From a bacterium (GTDB lineage Bacteria; Joyebacterota; Joyebacteria; Joyebacterales; Joyebacteraceae): DNA of 64,000 bases. The position numbers and the translations under genes are program-made. This document shows, piece after piece, positions 61,565-64,000 of this stretch. The DNA lies in the NCBI GenBank assembly GCA_025782395.1, contig JALGZD010000211.1:2111-66110 (forward strand). Direction: 5' to 3'. The stretch's first letter is position 1. The number at the start of each line of letters is the position of its first letter. The notes below the pieces were generated by a model, which worked only from the letters and a program-made list of their open reading frames with translations, was not told the DNA's origin and made no database searches.

Positions 61565-62179
61565 TTGCGCTCTACCAAGGATCGTGACAACGCGAGCGTG
61601 AAGTTGATTGCGCGTCTGAAGGCGGGCGACGGTGCGGCATGGACGGACTTCATCGAGCGCTACCGCCGGCTCATCTTCAGCGCCATCAACAGGGTGAACG
61701 GGCGCTACGGAGCAGAATGGGACGAGGCTGTGATGGAGAACCTCTTCGCCGAGGTGCTCTTCAAGCTGCTACGCCGCAATGCAGCCGCGCTGACATCGTG
61801 GCAGGGGCGCTGCCGTCTGGAGACCTGGATCTACAGAATCGTGAGGAACGTCTGCATCGACGAACTCCGGAAGGCGGGGCGCAGGGGGGAAGTCGCAGAG
61901 GTCGATCAGGAACGTGGGCCATCGGGAGCTGGTGGGGACGAGAAGAGCTCCCGTCAGGAGCGAGTGGATCTGCGACTGTCTCTTGAACAGGCCATCGATC
62001 AAGTCCTGTCAGCGAAGGAAGCACTGGCCGTTCACCTCATCTATTTCGAGGGTTACACGTACAGAGAGGTGGGGGAACGCTTCGGGATGACGGTTGGAGC
62101 AGTCAGTGGGATGGTTTACAGGGCGCTTGGGAAGATGAAGCAGTACGGGGGGATCGCACGGTACTGGAACACGGAGTAG
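61565..62179 (+). CDS. ECF sigma factor
   Basis: AGD.AAW..F..RY, TWIYRIVRN.CID.LR (region 2), L.YFEG.TY.EVG...GMT.GAV...YRAL.K (region 4); start uncertain (TTG 61565 or GTG 61598). Confidence 0.9.
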   Translation: MRSTKDRDNASVKLIARLKAGDGAAWTDFIERYRRLIFSAINRVNGRYGAEWDEAVMENLFAEVLFKLLRRNAAALTSWQGRCRLETWIYRIVRNVCIDELRKAGRRGEVAEVDQERGPSGAGGDEKSSRQERVDLRLSLEQAIDQVLSAKEALAVHLIYFEGYTYREVGERFGMTVGAVSGMVYRALGKMKQYGGIARYWNTE

Positions 62180-62192
62180 GGGACTAGAGATC

Positions 62193-63011
62193 ATGGCATG
62201 TCCACCACGCGAGCGGCTTCTTGCTCACATTGAGGGTCTTGAATCAGAAGTGGAGCGCAGTGAGATGGAGAGACATCTCCACAACTGTCGGAGCTGCTCA
62301 GAAGAAGTGGCGATTCTAATGGCGATCACGGACGCTCTCAGAGGCGAGGCAGGGACATCCGCAGCCCCGGACACGATCTGCAGCAGGTCAGATGAACTCC
62401 TGGCGTACGCAGACGGGGCACTCGATCCGTCGGTCGCTGCAGAGTTCGAAGAGCACCTCGTTCATTGTCGCAGCTGCTTGCGTGAGCTGGCGGACGTGTG
62501 GGCGATGGGGGGACCGGACGAAGCCGATGCCGGCCCAGAGGCCGTCGCGGGAGTCATGAGGCGACTCGCAGAGGAGCGGCGGACAGTTCTGGTGCGGATC
62601 TCTGAGACGACCCTGATAGCCGTAAGGACTGTGGCAGCTTCGATTGACAACGTGGCAGGCTGGAGCGTTATCCCCGATCTGCCGGCGGCGGCCGCCGCAC
62701 GATCACGACGGCGCATGCTGCGGTTGTTGTGGCGAGAGGAAGGTGGCATTACGGTCGAGTATGTGCTGGAGCGCTCGCGCGGCTTCATAGAACTGACAGG
62801 TCGTGTGAAGAACGCGGAGGGACCGGCGCCGGCGATATCGGTGGCTGTCGCCAACAATGAGAGTGCTCGCGGACCGCAGTCTCCGGATTCAGCAGGACGG
62901 TTCGGGCCGTGGAAACTAGCTCCAGGGCAGAACACGATCTTGCTGTCGGGGACGTCCATAGCGGACGGACTGTCGCACCACGAGATCATGGTGGATGCAG
63001 TTCGCGACTGA
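62193..63011 (+). CDS. Putative soluble anti-sigma factor with two tandem zf-HC2 domains and a C-terminal beta-rich domain
   Basis: HLHNCRSC and HLVHCRSC, each preceded by C....LLA(H/Y)..G; no TM helix evident; 13 bp after the ECF stop. Confidence 0.85.
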   Translation: MACPPRERLLAHIEGLESEVERSEMERHLHNCRSCSEEVAILMAITDALRGEAGTSAAPDTICSRSDELLAYADGALDPSVAAEFEEHLVHCRSCLRELADVWAMGGPDEADAGPEAVAGVMRRLAEERRTVLVRISETTLIAVRTVAASIDNVAGWSVIPDLPAAAAARSRRRMLRLLWREEGGITVEYVLERSRGFIELTGRVKNAEGPAPAISVAVANNESARGPQSPDSAGRFGPWKLAPGQNTILLSGTSIADGLSHHEIMVDAVRD

Positions 63012-63038
63012 GATCAGGGATTTGGTGACGAAGTGCGA

Positions 63039-63066
63039 CGCGGGGCGCCTTTGCAGGCGCCCCGCG
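63039..63066 (+). terminator. Perfect 12-bp hairpin after the anti-sigma gene
   Basis: CGCGGGGCGCCT-TTGC-AGGCGCCCCGCG; weak U-tail. Confidence 0.6.
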
Positions 63067-63157
63067 ATTGCATGTGTCGACCGACGATGCCCGCGGAACG
63101 ATACCGGAAGCAGCCTGTGCATGGTACTCGAGCGAATACCACTCAATCGGCGGAGCG

Positions 63158-63173
63158 TGGCACACCACTTGCA
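63158..63173 (+). promoter_or_regulatory. sigma54 (-24/-12) promoter
   Basis: TGGCAC-ACCAC-TTGCA matches TGGCAC-N5-TTGCW; intergenic; oriented toward the next gene. Confidence 0.75.
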
Positions 63174-63349
63174 CTTATCGAGCAAGATCGGTGTTCCAGG
63201 AGATGGAGCTTCGATGCGGTGAGGCAGAGGGATACCGGGCACAGCGACTGGACGTCCGCAGGCAATGCGTTCGCATGCCGGAACAGCCGGCTTGTGAGCG
63301 GGAGCCGCTTGGCGCAGACGAGACTGCTCATTGGGGGAGGAACCGGGGC

Positions 63350-64000
63350 TTGAGAGTACGCGGTGAGGGCGCAGAGGGCATTGAGATCAAAGATGTCAAT
63401 CCTCTGCACTCAGAGATAGACATTGTTACATTCACAGGCTGGTCGGTCGCCGGCCTCGCCGCAGCTTTTGTGGTCGTAGCCGGCTTCCAGATGGATTGGA
63501 TGGCTTGGGGAGCGGTCGGCATCATGACTGCCATGGCGTTGGGCACCGGCCTGTTCGCGTTCCCGGTGGCGAAGCACCACTATGTCTCCCTTGGCACGGC
63601 CGTCTACGTCGCCACGATTGCGCTTTTCGGCATTCCCGTAGCGGTCGTGGTGGTCACGATCTCAGGCGTGATCCTCGCGGCGCTTGTGCAGAGAGATGAT
63701 GTGACGTACTCAGTGAGGGACACCGGAACTCGTGTGTTCGGGACCGTCGCGGCCGGTGTCTGCTACCTGGCTATCGGTGGCACTATTCCTCTGATTGGAC
63801 TTTCGTTCGGGGACGTTGGCAGGTTCGCCACGATGTTCCTGGCGTTCGGAGCCGTGACAAGCATCCTCCGAATGGTTGTAGGAGATCATCGCAACGAGCC
63901 GGTCGGAGAGTATGTCCGCTGGCTGCGGACACGGGGTGTTGTCGCAGAACTGGCAATGCTTCCGCTCTCAATGCTGATGGTTGCCTCGTACGTTCCAGGT
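63350..64000 (+). CDS. Polytopic membrane protein, possibly a MASE-type sensor N-terminus (3' truncated; absent from the ORF track)
   Basis: GGAGG RBS then TTG; frame open to window end (217 codons) with about six hydrophobic segments; in-frame ATG at 63203 is an alternative start. Confidence 0.75.
   Translation, partial: MRVRGEGAEGIEIKDVNPLHSEIDIVTFTGWSVAGLAAAFVVVAGFQMDWMAWGAVGIMTAMALGTGLFAFPVAKHHYVSLGTAVYVATIALFGIPVAVVVVTISGVILAALVQRDDVTYSVRDTGTRVFGTVAAGVCYLAIGGTIPLIGLSFGDVGRFATMFLAFGAVTSILRMVVGDHRNEPVGEYVRWLRTRGVVAELAMLPLSMLMVASYVPG

Noticed and set aside
63180-63349. c-di-GMP riboswitch in the leader of the last gene
   Set aside because: GEMM-type GGCAAAC/GAAA/GCAAAG elements are absent
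54938-64000. tRNA-integrated genomic island or prophage
   Set aside because: No integrase, transposase or phage gene and no duplicated tRNA 3' end seen within the window

Overview
GC-rich chromosomal window from a diderm bacterium. Gene content (SprA, HprK plus mannose-class PTS, long HPF, AsnS, AhcY) suggests an FCB-group or candidate-phylum organism; this assignment is inference. About 1-54.9 kb is housekeeping: kdsB-pyrG-kdsA-kdsC-kdsD, lptC-lptB-rpoN-hpf-hprK-PTS-ptsH-ptsI, pgi/pmi, a nucleotidyltransferase, metK-ahcY, lptFG divergent from sprA plus an M28/glutaminyl-cyclase-like lipoprotein, rimP-nusA-infB-rbfA-truB-ribF-rpsO-pnp, dut, UbiA, Ktr/Trk, asnS, glnA, cyclophilin, TPR proteins, a cysteine desulfurase and three tRNAs. 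The conserved operon has three oddities: no lptA between lptC and lptB, a stand-alone lipoyl domain plus lipA between rpoN and hpf, and a GH57 gene between PTS IIB and IIC. After the tRNAs come an acidic lipoprotein, an Mre11/Rad50-like pair with a membrane-anchored ATPase, and the best candidate for an uncharacterised system. That candidate is a three-gene module: a zinc-ribbon/2-TM CHAT (caspase-fold) protease with an intact His/Cys dyad, an ECF sigma factor, and a soluble tandem zf-HC2 anti-sigma factor, with no cas genes in view. A near-consensus sigma54 promoter and a truncated polytopic membrane protein follow. No CRISPR array, rRNA, integrase or transposase was seen. Start codons were adjusted by eye using RBS position and family motifs; no database searches were run.
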